Below, one piece after another: positions 27,951-38,351 of a stretch of DNA of 64,000 nt. Origin of the DNA: an uncultured Spirochaetota bacterium (GTDB lineage Bacteria > Spirochaetota > Spirochaetia > SZUA-6 > Fen-1364); assembly GCA_963781885.1 (NCBI GenBank), contig CAWAHW010000001.1, forward strand, positions 1 through 64,000. The letters are read 5' to 3'. A program made the translations under genes and the position numbers. The notes under the pieces are model-generated. The model ran no database searches. It saw nothing but the letters and a program-made list of their open reading frames with translations, and was not told the origin of the DNA. Numbering within the stretch: position 1 is the stretch's first letter; every line of letters starts with the position of its first letter.

Positions 27951-29281
27951 CAGGCTCCTCCTTCCTGCGCCGAGCGGCGCACGAGCAGGCACAGCCCCTC
28001 GCGGCCGACGACATCGACCTTTTCACCGGGGGCCACGGAGCCCTGCACGACCCGCGCGCTCCACTGCTCCCCTCCCATGCGGACCTGACCCTCCGGCGCC
28101 AGGGCGGTGATGCTCACCGCGGAGCTGCCGACGAGCGATTCCCCTCCGAAGGCGATCTTGCGCGCCTGCGCGCTGATGCCCTTGCCAAGGACGAACGTGA
28201 AAAATCCCACGACCAGGATGGTCATCACGACGATCGCCGCCACCGACACGTGGACGACGGGCGCCGCCGGGAGACCGGCCAGGGGTGAGGGCGCCGGGGC
28301 CTGCCAGGGCGGAAACAGGAGGATCGAGCCCAGCACGAAGGCGACGACACCGCCCGCGGTGAGAAATCCGTGCGTCGGCGCCTTCAGGTCCACGATGAAG
28401 AGCACCACCGCCAGAACGATGAAGACCAGGCCGCCAATATTCGTCGGCAGGCTGCCGAAACCGATGAAGGCAAGAAGGAGCGCGAGCCCACCGGCAACCC
28501 CGGGCGCGATGGCGCCGGGAGAGGTGAGCTCGAAGATGACGCCGAATATGCCGATCACCATGAGGATATAGGCGATGTCGGGGTTCACGAGGAAGCCAAG
28601 GAGCCAGTCGATGAAGCTCGTCCGGAAGCGGCGCACCTCGGCGCCGGACGTGTGCAGGACGACGGGTCCGGTGGAAAGCTGCACGCTACGGCCGTCCACC
28701 GCGGCGAGCAGCCCACCCAGGTCTGGCGCCGCGAGGTCCGCGACGTGCTGGGAAACGGCATCCGCATCGGTCAGGGACATGCTGCGCCGCACGGCCTCGT
28801 CGGCCCAGGCGGAGGATCGGCCGCGCAGCGCGGCAAGCGACGCGAGCTCCGCAACCGAGTCGTTGAGCACCTTCTCTCCCATGACCCCCGTGATGTCCCC
28901 GCCGCCCGAGCCGACGGGATGGGCGGCGCCGATGTGGGTCCCCGGGGCCATCGCCGCCACGTGCGCTGCCATCGTGACAAAAACACCCGCTGAAGCCGCA
29001 CGTGCGCCCTGCGGCCAGACGTAGACCGCGACGGGCACCGGTGAAGCGAGTATCTTCGCCACGATCTGGTCCATGGACGACCCCAATCCCCCCGGGGTGT
29101 TTAGCTCGATCACGGCGAGCCCCGCACCGTCGCGCCGCGCCCGGTCCAGTCCCCGCTCCACGTAACGCGCCGTGATGGGATTGATCTCGCCGTCGAGCGT
29201 GAGGACCGTGACGATTTTCCCCTGCGCGGCAACAGTCAAAGCGGCGAGCGTGAAGACCAGGGCGGTGAATGCCGACTTCAT
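27950..29281 (-). CDS. nfeD: NfeD-family membrane serine protease (long form)
   Basis: LNTPGG, RAASAG, IGAAHPV and a C-terminal OB fold (GEQWSA); paired with SPFH. Confidence 0.9.
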   Translation of the reverse strand: MKSAFTALVFTLAALTVAAQGKIVTVLTLDGEINPITARYVERGLDRARRDGAGLAVIELNTPGGLGSSMDQIVAKILASPVPVAVYVWPQGARAASAGVFVTMAAHVAAMAPGTHIGAAHPVGSGGGDITGVMGEKVLNDSVAELASLAALRGRSSAWADEAVRRSMSLTDADAVSQHVADLAAPDLGGLLAAVDGRSVQLSTGPVVLHTSGAEVRRFRTSFIDWLLGFLVNPDIAYILMVIGIFGVIFELTSPGAIAPGVAGGLALLLAFIGFGSLPTNIGGLVFIVLAVVLFIVDLKAPTHGFLTAGGVVAFVLGSILLFPPWQAPAPSPLAGLPAAPVVHVSVAAIVVMTILVVGFFTFVLGKGISAQARKIAFGGESLVGSSAVSITALAPEGQVRMGGEQWSARVVQGSVAPGEKVDVVGREGLCLLVRRSAQEGGA

Positions 29282-29405
29282 GGGAGGAGCCTTGCGACCA
29301 GTATAGCCGGAAAACTCCCCGGGAATCCAGCCGCGCCCCGGCGATGGAGGAACGGCTCGCTTCCTCCGATACAGAAAGTAAGCCCGCAAGGCCGAGGAGA
29401 CGCGC

Positions 29406-29636
29406 ATGGAAGAGAAGAGTCCCCAATCGATGCTGCAATGGATCAGCAGGACCTACGACCTGTCCCCCGCCGCCCTTGCGCGCATGTTTCAGAGAAACGC
29501 GCGCACCATCAGCGTCTGGATGAAGGAAGGCCGCATCCCCGAGAAGAAGGGAAACAGGATCAGGTCCGCCTTCTATTACCTGAACAACAGCCTAGACCCG
29601 CACGACCCGCGCCGGTCGGGGATCGACATGCTCTAG
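29406..29636 (+). CDS. Small HTH-like protein
   Basis: GAGGAG RBS; LSPAALARMFQRNARTISVWMKEGRIP. Confidence 0.6.
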   Translation: MEEKSPQSMLQWISRTYDLSPAALARMFQRNARTISVWMKEGRIPEKKGNRIRSAFYYLNNSLDPHDPRRSGIDML

Positions 29637-30643
29637 CCCTGCTTGCGGGGATGCAGCGCGAGGTATTCGTCGAGGTAGGTGTTCACCATCTGGAAGGAAT
29701 CCTCGTCGTAGAGCTTCCCCACGAGACCCCCGAAGGTTTTCTGGAGCAGGGCCGCCCATTCCGCCTCGATCTGGGGCGGCACGGTGTTGATCTTCAGCCC
29801 ATACTTCTGCATGACGCTGATGGCCTGGCTGTCCGCCTTCAAGAGATCCGGCTTCAGGGAGTCCGCGATCTGCTGCGCAGCCTCGATGAGCTTCGGCTGG
29901 AGGTCGGCGGGTATCTCGTTCCAGGTTTTCGTGCTCACAACCGCCGCTCCCCACAATGGCCCGAGCCGCAGCGTGCACATGTTCCCGGCGATGCCGAACC
30001 ACTGGCTGGAGGCCGCCACGAGGGGGCTGGTGACCAAGGCATCCACCATGCCGCCCTGGAGGGAGGTCATCAAGTCGGTGGAGGCGATGGTCACCGTCTG
30101 GAAGCCGAGGTTCTGGTAGGCCTGGATCTCGTCGGGATTGCCGCTCCATACCCAGAGCTTCTGCTTGCGCAGGTCGTCCGGCGTCACGACGGGGTACCGG
30201 GTGAAGAAATACACCCATCCGCCGGGAGACCACATCACCGGCTTGAATCCCCGTTTCGTGAGCTCAGTGTCGAAGAAGGGCTTCATCTTGTCCAGGACGT
30301 AGAAAAGCTCATCGTCGCTGCGCAGGAGAAGGGGATAGGAGAGAGTCTTCACGCCGTTGAATATGCCCTGCAGCCCGCTCACGGTCATGAGCGATGCATT
30401 AAGGGCGCCGATGCGCATCTTGCGGACCATGTCCGGCTCATCCCCGGCCACGCCGCCTGAATAGATCTTCACCGTCACCGTGCCGCCCGAGATGCGCTCC
30501 CACTCCGCGGCCAGACGTTTCAATCCCAGCTCCCAGGGGGATCCGGCCGGCGCGAGGCTGCCAAGCTTGATCGTGAGACCCGGCGCCGCGACGGCAACCG
30601 ACATTGCCACGATCGCCGCCAGGAGGAGCCATCCGCGTCTCAT
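29633..30643 (-). CDS. dctP: TRAP solute-binding protein (TatP/DctP type)
   Basis: IKLGSLAPAGSPW, YSGGVAGDE and LQGGMVDA. Confidence 0.88.
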   Translation of the reverse strand: MRRGWLLLAAIVAMSVAVAAPGLTIKLGSLAPAGSPWELGLKRLAAEWERISGGTVTVKIYSGGVAGDEPDMVRKMRIGALNASLMTVSGLQGIFNGVKTLSYPLLLRSDDELFYVLDKMKPFFDTELTKRGFKPVMWSPGGWVYFFTRYPVVTPDDLRKQKLWVWSGNPDEIQAYQNLGFQTVTIASTDLMTSLQGGMVDALVTSPLVAASSQWFGIAGNMCTLRLGPLWGAAVVSTKTWNEIPADLQPKLIEAAQQIADSLKPDLLKADSQAISVMQKYGLKINTVPPQIEAEWAALLQKTFGGLVGKLYDEDSFQMVNTYLDEYLALHPRKQG

Positions 30644-31590
30644 CCGCCGCCTCCGTTGTCAAGGAAGAAATCGTCAATGTGATCGAGCATCCACTGCGCC
30701 CGGCGCTGGTTGATGATGTTCACGAGCCGGTCGGGGATGTCCGCGTCCACGTTCACCGCGAGCGCCTTTCCCAGGAGATCCCGGTACTCGGCGGCATCCT
30801 GCTTCTTCACGCTCACACTCGACGCCAGAGCGATGTACGGTCCGGCACGGAGTCCCTTCGACAGGCTGACTGCCTTCTGGAAGTTGTCCCGTGCCTTCTG
30901 CTCGCTCCCCCCCAGGTCCGCCGGAGCCGAGCCGAAGAAGGAAATGAATATTTCGTGGACGGCCCCCGCACTGTAGGAGTCGTCCCAATCCTCCACCTGC
31001 TGAAGCAGCGCCACGGCGCGGGTCACCGTGACGATCTGCGCAAAGTCGAAGGGGTCCGCGCTGAACGCGGCAAGCCAGGCGGCACCTGCCCAGTACAGGT
31101 AGTCCATGTCGCTTTTGTTCACCATGCGGAGAGCAGTCGCCGGATCAGCCCCCTCGATGGCCGCGGCAAAACCGTGGTGGCGTATCTCGAGCCCGCGCAG
31201 GACATAGTCGCGCGCGCGAAGAAAGAGCTTCTTCGCTCTCTGGCGCATTGCCCTTTGCTCGTCCGCCTTTTCCACGGGAAGCTGGTCCGCGGGGGCCTGG
31301 ACGAAGGCAAACGCGTAGCTCACGTACGCGCGGCCGGTGGCCAGGGCGAGCGGCGCATTCGTCGGGTCCGCGTCGAGGAGGGACTCATATATCTTCAGCG
31401 CAAAGGGAAGCGCATCGCCGACGAGCTCGGGGTCGTCGTCCCCGGTGAAAACGGTGCCCTGGCCGCTGCCGGCCAGGAAGCCCGCCACGGTTCGTACGGC
31501 GAACCTGTTCAAGGAGCAGGAAACGGCGAGAATCGTGAATACAGGGACAGTTGCCAGGAGAATGATCCTCGAGCGCGTTCTGCTTTCCAT
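30640..31590 (-). CDS. TRAP-associated TPR lipoprotein (TatT)
   Basis: Lipobox LAVSC, DDDPELVGDALPFALK and RAKKLFLRARDY; adjacent to DctP. Confidence 0.85.
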   Translation of the reverse strand: MESRTRSRIILLATVPVFTILAVSCSLNRFAVRTVAGFLAGSGQGTVFTGDDDPELVGDALPFALKIYESLLDADPTNAPLALATGRAYVSYAFAFVQAPADQLPVEKADEQRAMRQRAKKLFLRARDYVLRGLEIRHHGFAAAIEGADPATALRMVNKSDMDYLYWAGAAWLAAFSADPFDFAQIVTVTRAVALLQQVEDWDDSYSAGAVHEIFISFFGSAPADLGGSEQKARDNFQKAVSLSKGLRAGPYIALASSVSVKKQDAAEYRDLLGKALAVNVDADIPDRLVNIINQRRAQWMLDHIDDFFLDNGGGG

Positions 31591-31710
31591 GTAAAGCTAA
31601 TATACGGATTTCGGGATTGCCTGCACAGGCGCGCCGTACGTCCGTTCCAAAGCGGCCGCCCGAGCGGCGGGTTGACGCGCACCCGCGGCAGCCCTACATT
31701 CCAACCGGTC

Positions 31711-32379
31711 ATGACAGGGCGCTACCGTTGCATCCTTATCGATCACGATGATACCGCCGTGGACAGCACCTCCGTCGTCCACTACCCCGCGCACGTGGAG
31801 GCCCTGCGTGTGCTGCGTCCCGGTCGAATCCCGCCCACCGTCGATCAATGGCTCCTCTGCAACTTCCACGGCATCATGGAGTACCTTGCCGGGGACCTCG
31901 CCTTCACGCGGGAGGAGCTTGCAGCCGAGTTCGAGATCTGGCGGAGCTTTACGACGACGCGGGTGCCGCCCTTTTTCCCCGGTTTTCTCGACCTGCTCGA
32001 GGAATACCGCGCGCGGGGCGGCATGGTGGCGGTGATCTCGCACTCCGAGGTGGAGGTGATCGAGCGACACTACCGCGTCGCGCGCACGCCCCCATTCCTG
32101 CCCGACCTCATATTCGGCTGGGAGCACGACGAGTCGCGGCGCAAGCCGTCCCCGTGGCCCGTCCGGGAGGCGCTGCGGAGGCTCGGCTGCACCCCCGGGG
32201 AAGCCCTGATCATCGATGACCTGAAGCCGGGCGTGCTCATGGCGCGGGCGACGGGGGTCGCAATCGCGGCGGCGGGATGGAGTCACAGGGTGGAGGAGAT
32301 CGAGCGGTACATGCGGGCGGAGGCGGACATGTACTGCGCCTGCATCGGCGATCTGGCCGCGATACTTCTTTCGTCATAG
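31711..32379 (+). CDS. HAD-family hydrolase
   Basis: LIDHDDTAVDS, VISHS, RKPSPWP and IIDDLKPG. Confidence 0.85.
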   Translation: MTGRYRCILIDHDDTAVDSTSVVHYPAHVEALRVLRPGRIPPTVDQWLLCNFHGIMEYLAGDLAFTREELAAEFEIWRSFTTTRVPPFFPGFLDLLEEYRARGGMVAVISHSEVEVIERHYRVARTPPFLPDLIFGWEHDESRRKPSPWPVREALRRLGCTPGEALIIDDLKPGVLMARATGVAIAAAGWSHRVEEIERYMRAEADMYCACIGDLAAILLSS

Positions 32380-32470
32380 CGCCGCCAAATGCCTCGGACT
32401 ACCGCGGCCGCCTTGAGACACGCACGATTTCTCACTATACTAGGAAAGCGTTCCCGGGAGGGGTGAACGC

Positions 32471-33673
32471 TTGAGCATGAAGCGCGACACCCTGAAACTC
32501 TTCAGAACGATTGAGACTCTTTTCAGCATCAAGGACCTTGACTCGCTGCTGGAGAACGTGCTCACCGAAGCGCGGCAATTCGTCAACGCGGATGCGGGCA
32601 CGATCTATCTCGCCGCCCGGGGTTTTCTCTATTTCAGCTTCGTGCAGAACGACACACTGTTTCGCGGTGAGACCAAGGACAAGTACATCTCCAGCGGTGC
32701 GTCGATCCCCATCGACAAGGCGTCCCTTGCCGGCTACGTGGCCAAGTCCGGTGAGACGATCCTCATCGACGACGTCTATCACATCCAAAGCGACGTCACC
32801 TTCTCCTTCAATCCTGCCTTCGACCAGAAGACGAGCTATCGCACCCGCTCCATCCTTTGCGTGCCCCTGAAGACGCGGGAGAACGAGGTCGTGGGCGTCC
32901 TGCAGCTCATCAACGCGAAGAACGAATCCGGCGAGGTCGTCGCGTTCTCCATGCAGGACAAGCTTTTCATCTCCCAGTTCGCGCAGAACGCGGCGGATGC
33001 CATCGAAAAGGCGCGCATGTCGCGCGAGATGGTGCTGCGCCTGGTGGAGCTCGCCGAGCTGCGCGACCCCTTCGAGACGAGCCAGCACGCCAAGCGCGTC
33101 GGGGCCTACGCGGTGGAGCTGTACGAGAAATGGGCCCAGCGCCGGAACGTCTCGGCGCGGGAGATACGAAAGGTGCGGGACGTGCTGCGCACGGCGGCGA
33201 TCCTTCACGACGTCGGCAAGGTCGCCGTGAGCGACACGATACTGAAGAAGCCCAACGCGCTCTCCTACGACGAGAAACAGGCCATGCGCCTGCACACGAT
33301 ACACGGCGCCCGGCTTTTCAAGCGCACGACGTCCTTCTGGGACTACATGTCCGCGGAGGTGGCCCTCAATCACCACGAGAACTGGGACGGCTCGGGCTAT
33401 CCCGGGCGCCTCGACAACCTCTACGCGGAGAAGATCTACATGGGCCCCGGCAAGCAGGGCACGGAGATACCGCTTTCCGCGCGCGTTGTTTCCATTGCGG
33501 ACGTCTATGACGCGCTGGTCTCCGAGCGGGCCTACAAGCAGGGGTGGCGGCAGGAGCATGCCTTGCGCTATATCCGCTACCAGGCGGAAAAGAAATTCGA
33601 TCCCGAGCTGGTCGCATTGTTCACCCAGATGGGCGACCTTCTGACCGCGATTGCAAAGAAGTACGCCTATTAG
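32471..33673 (+). CDS. GAF + HD-GYP cyclic-dinucleotide phosphodiesterase
   Basis: GAF (SLAGYVA, YRTRSILCVPL); LHDVGK, HHENWDGSGYP and ADVYDAL. Confidence 0.9.
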   Translation: MSMKRDTLKLFRTIETLFSIKDLDSLLENVLTEARQFVNADAGTIYLAARGFLYFSFVQNDTLFRGETKDKYISSGASIPIDKASLAGYVAKSGETILIDDVYHIQSDVTFSFNPAFDQKTSYRTRSILCVPLKTRENEVVGVLQLINAKNESGEVVAFSMQDKLFISQFAQNAADAIEKARMSREMVLRLVELAELRDPFETSQHAKRVGAYAVELYEKWAQRRNVSAREIRKVRDVLRTAAILHDVGKVAVSDTILKKPNALSYDEKQAMRLHTIHGARLFKRTTSFWDYMSAEVALNHHENWDGSGYPGRLDNLYAEKIYMGPGKQGTEIPLSARVVSIADVYDALVSERAYKQGWRQEHALRYIRYQAEKKFDPELVALFTQMGDLLTAIAKKYAY

Positions 33674-33734
33674 GGCGGGCGGTGACAAACGCACGGCGTG
33701 CCGGTGTTCAATTCCTGGATCTCGGAGGTGAAAC

Positions 33735-34064
33735 ATGTATTGCCAGAATTGCGGGAAGGAGCTTTCCAACCAGGCATCATTCTGCCCGAGCTGCGGGCAT
33801 CCCGTGCGCACCGCGACCTTCGCGCCGGGCTTCCGGTCGGACAAGGCCGTGAGCCACTACAGCAGGCTGGCGGCGATGCTGCTCGCGCTCTTTCTCGGCG
33901 TTATCGGCGTGCATCGTTTCTACGTCGGCAAGATCGGTACCGGCGTTGCGATGATCTTCACCCTCGGCGGCTTCGGCATCTGGGCGCTCATCGACTTCAT
34001 CATGATCGTGGTCGGCAGCTTCACCGATTCCGAGGGTAAATACGTGCTGGACTGGGGCATCTAG
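33735..34064 (+). CDS. Zinc-ribbon + TM2 domain protein
   Basis: YCQNCG...FCPSCG; LGVIGVHRFYVGK. Confidence 0.88.
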   Translation: MYCQNCGKELSNQASFCPSCGHPVRTATFAPGFRSDKAVSHYSRLAAMLLALFLGVIGVHRFYVGKIGTGVAMIFTLGGFGIWALIDFIMIVVGSFTDSEGKYVLDWGI

Positions 34065-34130
34065 GGCGCCGACAGCTTCCGGCCGCCGCGACCCTTCACG
34101 CAGCGGCGCTTTCGGGCTACACTCTCCGCG

Positions 34131-36587
34131 TTGATGCCCGCCCAGGTTTCCGGCCTCTCCGGCGTTTTCCACCAGCTTCGCGATCATGCCCTCTACCTGC
34201 CCAACCCCGGTTTTGCAAACCCGTCGTGGGAGGAGGCAGGTCTGCGTGTCCTGATCGCCCGGCTGTCGCCCTTTGCCGACGTGCAGAGATCGACGCCGCA
34301 CCTCTTTCTGTGCCGCGAGGCGCGTGCGGCGCTTCCCGATGCGTACATTGACATGTCCTTTCTTCCGCTCCGTCACGATGCGGCCTTGCTCGAAGGGGCG
34401 GGCCTGCCGCTCCTGCTGGGAACGCAGTCGCACCGGGCCGCTACCGACTTCGACGTCGTGCTCGTCTCCAATTCATGGCTGCTCGAACAGGCGAATCTCC
34501 CCTATCTCCTTTCGCACTCCGGCATCCCCGTCTGGTCCCGCGAAAGGGATGACGGCTGGCCGCCCTTCATCGTGGGCGGCTCCAACGCTTCCGCGGCGCA
34601 CGCCCTTGTGAAGGAGGACGGCGACTGTATCGCGGATGCGATCTTCTTCGGCGAGGGCGAGGCCACGGTGGGGGAGATCCTTCATCTGTGGAAAAAGTTC
34701 GCACCGATGCCGAAGCGGCAGAGACTTACGCGAATAGCGTCGGAGGTGGACGGCCTGTGGCCTTCCGGCAGCCTCGACCTCCCGGTGCGAAAGGCGCAGG
34801 CTTCACCTGATGCGCCCCGCGCGGCGCTGCGGGGCGCACCCGTGCTCCCCGGCCCTGAGGCGTCCACGGCGCGCCTTTCCATCTCGCACGGCTGCCCGTG
34901 CCTCTGCTCTTTCTGCTTCGAGGGACACGACCGCGCGCCGTATCGCGAAATCAGCGCCGCCATTCTCCTGGAAGAGGCACGGGAGCTGAAGCGTGCAACC
35001 GGCGCGGACACCCTTGAAGTGGACAGTTTCAACTTCAACACCCACGTCGAGCTCGCGGCTCTGCTCGAGGGTTTTCACCTCCTTTTTCACCGGGTGAATC
35101 TCATGAGCCAGAGGGTCGACATCCTCGCGCGTCACCCCGGCCTGCTCGACCTGGAGATTGCCGCTGACAAGCGCAGCTTCACGCTCGGCATCGAGGGGAT
35201 CAGCGGCCGCATGCGGCGTTTTCTCCACAAGAGCCTGGAGGACGCGGACATCCGCCGGGCACTGGAGGCGCTGCACGGAAAGGCCATCCGGGAAATCAAG
35301 CTTTTCTATCTCCTTTCAGGTCACGAGACGGGTGACGATTTCGAGGAGCTTGCGGGTTTCGTGCGGTGGCTGAAGGAGCTCCGCCAGCGTTCGCCGGCGC
35401 CCCCGCGCATGGTGTTTTCATTCGGCATGCTCGTCCGCATGCCCTTCACGCCCCTGCGCCACGATCCTCCCCTGCTGGACGCGCAGGCGTGGCGGGCGCC
35501 GATCGGCCGGGCAAAATCGATCTGCGAGACAAATGGCTTCGAGTTCCGCCGCGCCATGGACTGGCCCGAGTACTGTGCGACACAGGTGCTCGCCGCAAGC
35601 GGCCACGACGTGTACCCTCTTCTCCTGCAGATCGCACAGGCAGGCCCGGTCGACAGCGGGGGGCTCGGTCCGGGAGCCGCAGAAGCCGTGACGCATTGGG
35701 TGGAGAACAGTCACGAAACGGTTGCCGGAAATGCAGAGACGGAACACGCGTTCGGATTCCCTTTTCTCGAGGACGCGGAGACCCGCGCATTCCTGCGCCG
35801 CCAATACAAAAAGGCCGTTGCCGGCCTGGATGACGGCTATTGCTGGAGGGGCGCGCCGGGCAGCCGTGTCTGCGCCACCTGCACGGGCTGCACGCGCAAT
35901 CCGCGCAAGCCCCGCGGCGCTGCGGCAACGGCGGAAGGAACGGCCGCGGCTCTCGCTGCCCTGGTTGGCCGCAAGCATCGGCTGAAGCCCCTCATTGCAC
36001 GGGCCCGGCTGCCGCAGGAAGCTGCCGGCATGGGCGCGATCTGGGCAGGTGCGTGGCTGCTGCGGGAAATACTGAAACGGCATCCCGAGCAAATCGACAA
36101 CGTCCTTGCCGTGCGCGAGGCATTCGTCGAGGACTCAGGCGTGCTGGGCCCGGATATTCCCTGGTTCGGGCAGACACTTGTCGCGATTACCGCGTGGGAC
36201 ACGGAGCCCTTGGCAGAAGTGATTGCAGATCCTGCCGGTCCGCTTGCTGCCGCAGAATCCCTGCACGATCGGGAGGCTGTGCGCCGCATCGGCGTGCGTC
36301 TGGAGCTTCCCACGGCGCTTTTGCCCGATCCCGCCGGGCGCCTGGCCGATTATCTGCGACAACATCACGCGCCGGTCACGCTCACGAGGTCAAACGGCGT
36401 GGAGACGCTCATCGTGCCGGAAAAATCCATGAAGAAGCAGATGCTGCGCGGGGGCACCTGCCGACGCGCGGAGGAGGCATCTGTGTTTCAGCTCGTAATG
36501 GGCAGGAGGCCTTTTCTCGGAGACTTTCTTTCGACATTCGACGGAGCCACGCGCGGCGCGCGCGCCGAGATCACCGAGATCGGCTGA
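34131..36587 (+). CDS. Large radical SAM protein (TIGR03960-like architecture)
   Basis: HGCPCLCSFC (CxxxCxxC), GEGE, PFTPL and a later C..CATCTGC cluster. Confidence 0.75.
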   Translation: MMPAQVSGLSGVFHQLRDHALYLPNPGFANPSWEEAGLRVLIARLSPFADVQRSTPHLFLCREARAALPDAYIDMSFLPLRHDAALLEGAGLPLLLGTQSHRAATDFDVVLVSNSWLLEQANLPYLLSHSGIPVWSRERDDGWPPFIVGGSNASAAHALVKEDGDCIADAIFFGEGEATVGEILHLWKKFAPMPKRQRLTRIASEVDGLWPSGSLDLPVRKAQASPDAPRAALRGAPVLPGPEASTARLSISHGCPCLCSFCFEGHDRAPYREISAAILLEEARELKRATGADTLEVDSFNFNTHVELAALLEGFHLLFHRVNLMSQRVDILARHPGLLDLEIAADKRSFTLGIEGISGRMRRFLHKSLEDADIRRALEALHGKAIREIKLFYLLSGHETGDDFEELAGFVRWLKELRQRSPAPPRMVFSFGMLVRMPFTPLRHDPPLLDAQAWRAPIGRAKSICETNGFEFRRAMDWPEYCATQVLAASGHDVYPLLLQIAQAGPVDSGGLGPGAAEAVTHWVENSHETVAGNAETEHAFGFPFLEDAETRAFLRRQYKKAVAGLDDGYCWRGAPGSRVCATCTGCTRNPRKPRGAAATAEGTAAALAALVGRKHRLKPLIARARLPQEAAGMGAIWAGAWLLREILKRHPEQIDNVLAVREAFVEDSGVLGPDIPWFGQTLVAITAWDTEPLAEVIADPAGPLAAAESLHDREAVRRIGVRLELPTALLPDPAGRLADYLRQHHAPVTLTRSNGVETLIVPEKSMKKQMLRGGTCRRAEEASVFQLVMGRRPFLGDFLSTFDGATRGARAEITEIG

Positions 36588-36593
36588 TCCCCT

Positions 36594-36944
36594 TCAGGGC
36601 GTCACGCCGGCCCCTGCGGGCCAGCTTTCCTGGATGTTCTGCAGTATTTCCTCATAGGGATACGCGCCGGTGAGCTTCATCCGCGCCTCCCCTTTCCAGA
36701 AGAGCATGATCGTGGGGATGCCCTGGACCTCATAGATCTGCGCGACGTGAGGCCTCCGGTCGACATTCACCTTGACGGTGAGGATACGCCCCGCGTATTC
36801 GTGCGCCAGCCGCTCGATAGCAGGCGAGACGATCCGGCAGGGGCCGCACCACTCGGCCCAGAAGTCCGCCAGCACGGGCATCTCTGACACGCGGATGAGC
36901 TCGAGAAATGAACCGGGCAGCCCCGCCACGTGATGATCGCCCAT
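36594..36944 (-). CDS. Thioredoxin
   Basis: ADFWAEWCGPCR and GIPT. Confidence 0.92.
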   Translation of the reverse strand: MGDHHVAGLPGSFLELIRVSEMPVLADFWAEWCGPCRIVSPAIERLAHEYAGRILTVKVNVDRRPHVAQIYEVQGIPTIMLFWKGEARMKLTGAYPYEEILQNIQESWPAGAGVTP

Positions 36945-37045
36945 TGCTGCTGCATCCATTCCGAGCTTGAAGATACTCACGGGATGGCTGCGATGCAAAC
37001 CGCCCACCTCTTGCTCGCGCCGGCTCCTGCCGCTACATTATCGGC

Positions 37046-37639
37046 ATGCCAGCAGCCGTTCACGTTCCCACCCGGCAGGAGGCAATGGAGCTTTTCCTGC
37101 AGCACAATTCGAGCGAAAGCCTGCGCGGCCATGCCCTCTCCGTGGAGGCGGTCATGCGCCACTATGCGCGGCTCTACGGCGAGGACGAGGAGAAGTGGGG
37201 GATCATCGGCCTCGTCCACGATATCGACTACGAGCATTTCCCCGAGCAGCACTGCCGCAAGAGCGTGGAAATCCTCACCGAGGCGGGATGGCCACCCGAG
37301 TACATCCACGCCGTGGTGAGCCACGGGTGGGGAATATGCTCCGAGGTGGAGCCGACCGAGAGGATGGAGAAGGTCCTCTATGCCGTTGACGAGCTCACGG
37401 GACTCGTGAAGGCATCCGCGCTCATGCGGCCGTCGCGGAGCGTCCTGGACATAGAAGCCTCATCCGTGAAGAAGAAGTGGAAAGATGCCCGGTTCGCCGC
37501 CGGCGTGAACAGGTCCGTCATCGAGAAGGGCGCGGCCATGATGGGCGTGGAGATCGGCGATCTCATCGCCCAGACGATCGCCGGGATGCGGAACGTGGCA
37601 GCGCAGATCGGCCTGGCGGGAGCGGCCGCACAATCCTGA
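37046..37639 (+). CDS. HD-domain (HDIG) hydrolase
   Basis: HALSVE, HDIDYE, SHG, DELTG and FAAGVNR. Confidence 0.85.
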   Translation: MPAAVHVPTRQEAMELFLQHNSSESLRGHALSVEAVMRHYARLYGEDEEKWGIIGLVHDIDYEHFPEQHCRKSVEILTEAGWPPEYIHAVVSHGWGICSEVEPTERMEKVLYAVDELTGLVKASALMRPSRSVLDIEASSVKKKWKDARFAAGVNRSVIEKGAAMMGVEIGDLIAQTIAGMRNVAAQIGLAGAAAQS

Positions 37640-37658
37640 CGGCTGCGGCCTCGGGCGT

Positions 37659-38351
37659 TCAGACGGCCATCAGCGTCTCCATGGCTTCGGTCGACGTCTC
37701 GGGTGCAACGACGCGGATGAAGCGCGCGATGTCTTCGAGGTGGGAGCGGACCCGCGGCGCCCCGATGCCCGCCGGCGCATAGACCGTGAACAGGAGATCC
37801 CGCGTCTCGGCCATGACGGGCGAGCGCTTGTCCGGGCCATGGAGGACGCAGGAGATGATGCCCTGGCCGTCGGATAGTGCCATGTCCCCTTCCTTCAACG
37901 TTCGCTCCTCTCCATTCAAGGTCACGTAGCTCTCGCTACCGTCGGCCGCGAACGCGCGCAGGGGCGGGGATATCCGTGCTATGTCGTGACCGGCCGTCAG
38001 GAGCATGTTCGAAAGCTCCGCCATGAACATGGCCTGCACCAGCGCGCTCACCGACGGTATCGCACGTCCTTTCCAGATCACCGACTCGAGCTGCAACGCG
38101 ACGTGGTAGGTCTTTTTGAAGCGTCGGTAGTAGGCCTCGTACGCCGCCATCACCGGCTCCGCCCGGAGCGCCTCCTTGCCGCCTGCCCCGAAGCGCGCGC
38201 GCAGGTCGGCTTCCACCTTCTCCCTCAGCCGGTCCAGACCTTCATGCCGCGCAGCGTTGCGCGCGCCGCGCATCGTGAGGATGCCGATGACCGCCCCGGG
38301 GTATGCCTTTCTCAGGCTCTCATCGATCTCCAGCACTTCGTCCTCCTTCAC
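37659..38351 (-). CDS. Stand-alone B3/B4 (PheRS-beta editing-like) domain protein
   Basis: AYEAYYRRF, IPSVSALV, AGHD and LSDGQGIIS. Confidence 0.8.
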   Translation of the reverse strand: MKEDEVLEIDESLRKAYPGAVIGILTMRGARNAARHEGLDRLREKVEADLRARFGAGGKEALRAEPVMAAYEAYYRRFKKTYHVALQLESVIWKGRAIPSVSALVQAMFMAELSNMLLTAGHDIARISPPLRAFAADGSESYVTLNGEERTLKEGDMALSDGQGIISCVLHGPDKRSPVMAETRDLLFTVYAPAGIGAPRVRSHLEDIARFIRVVAPETSTEAMETLMAV

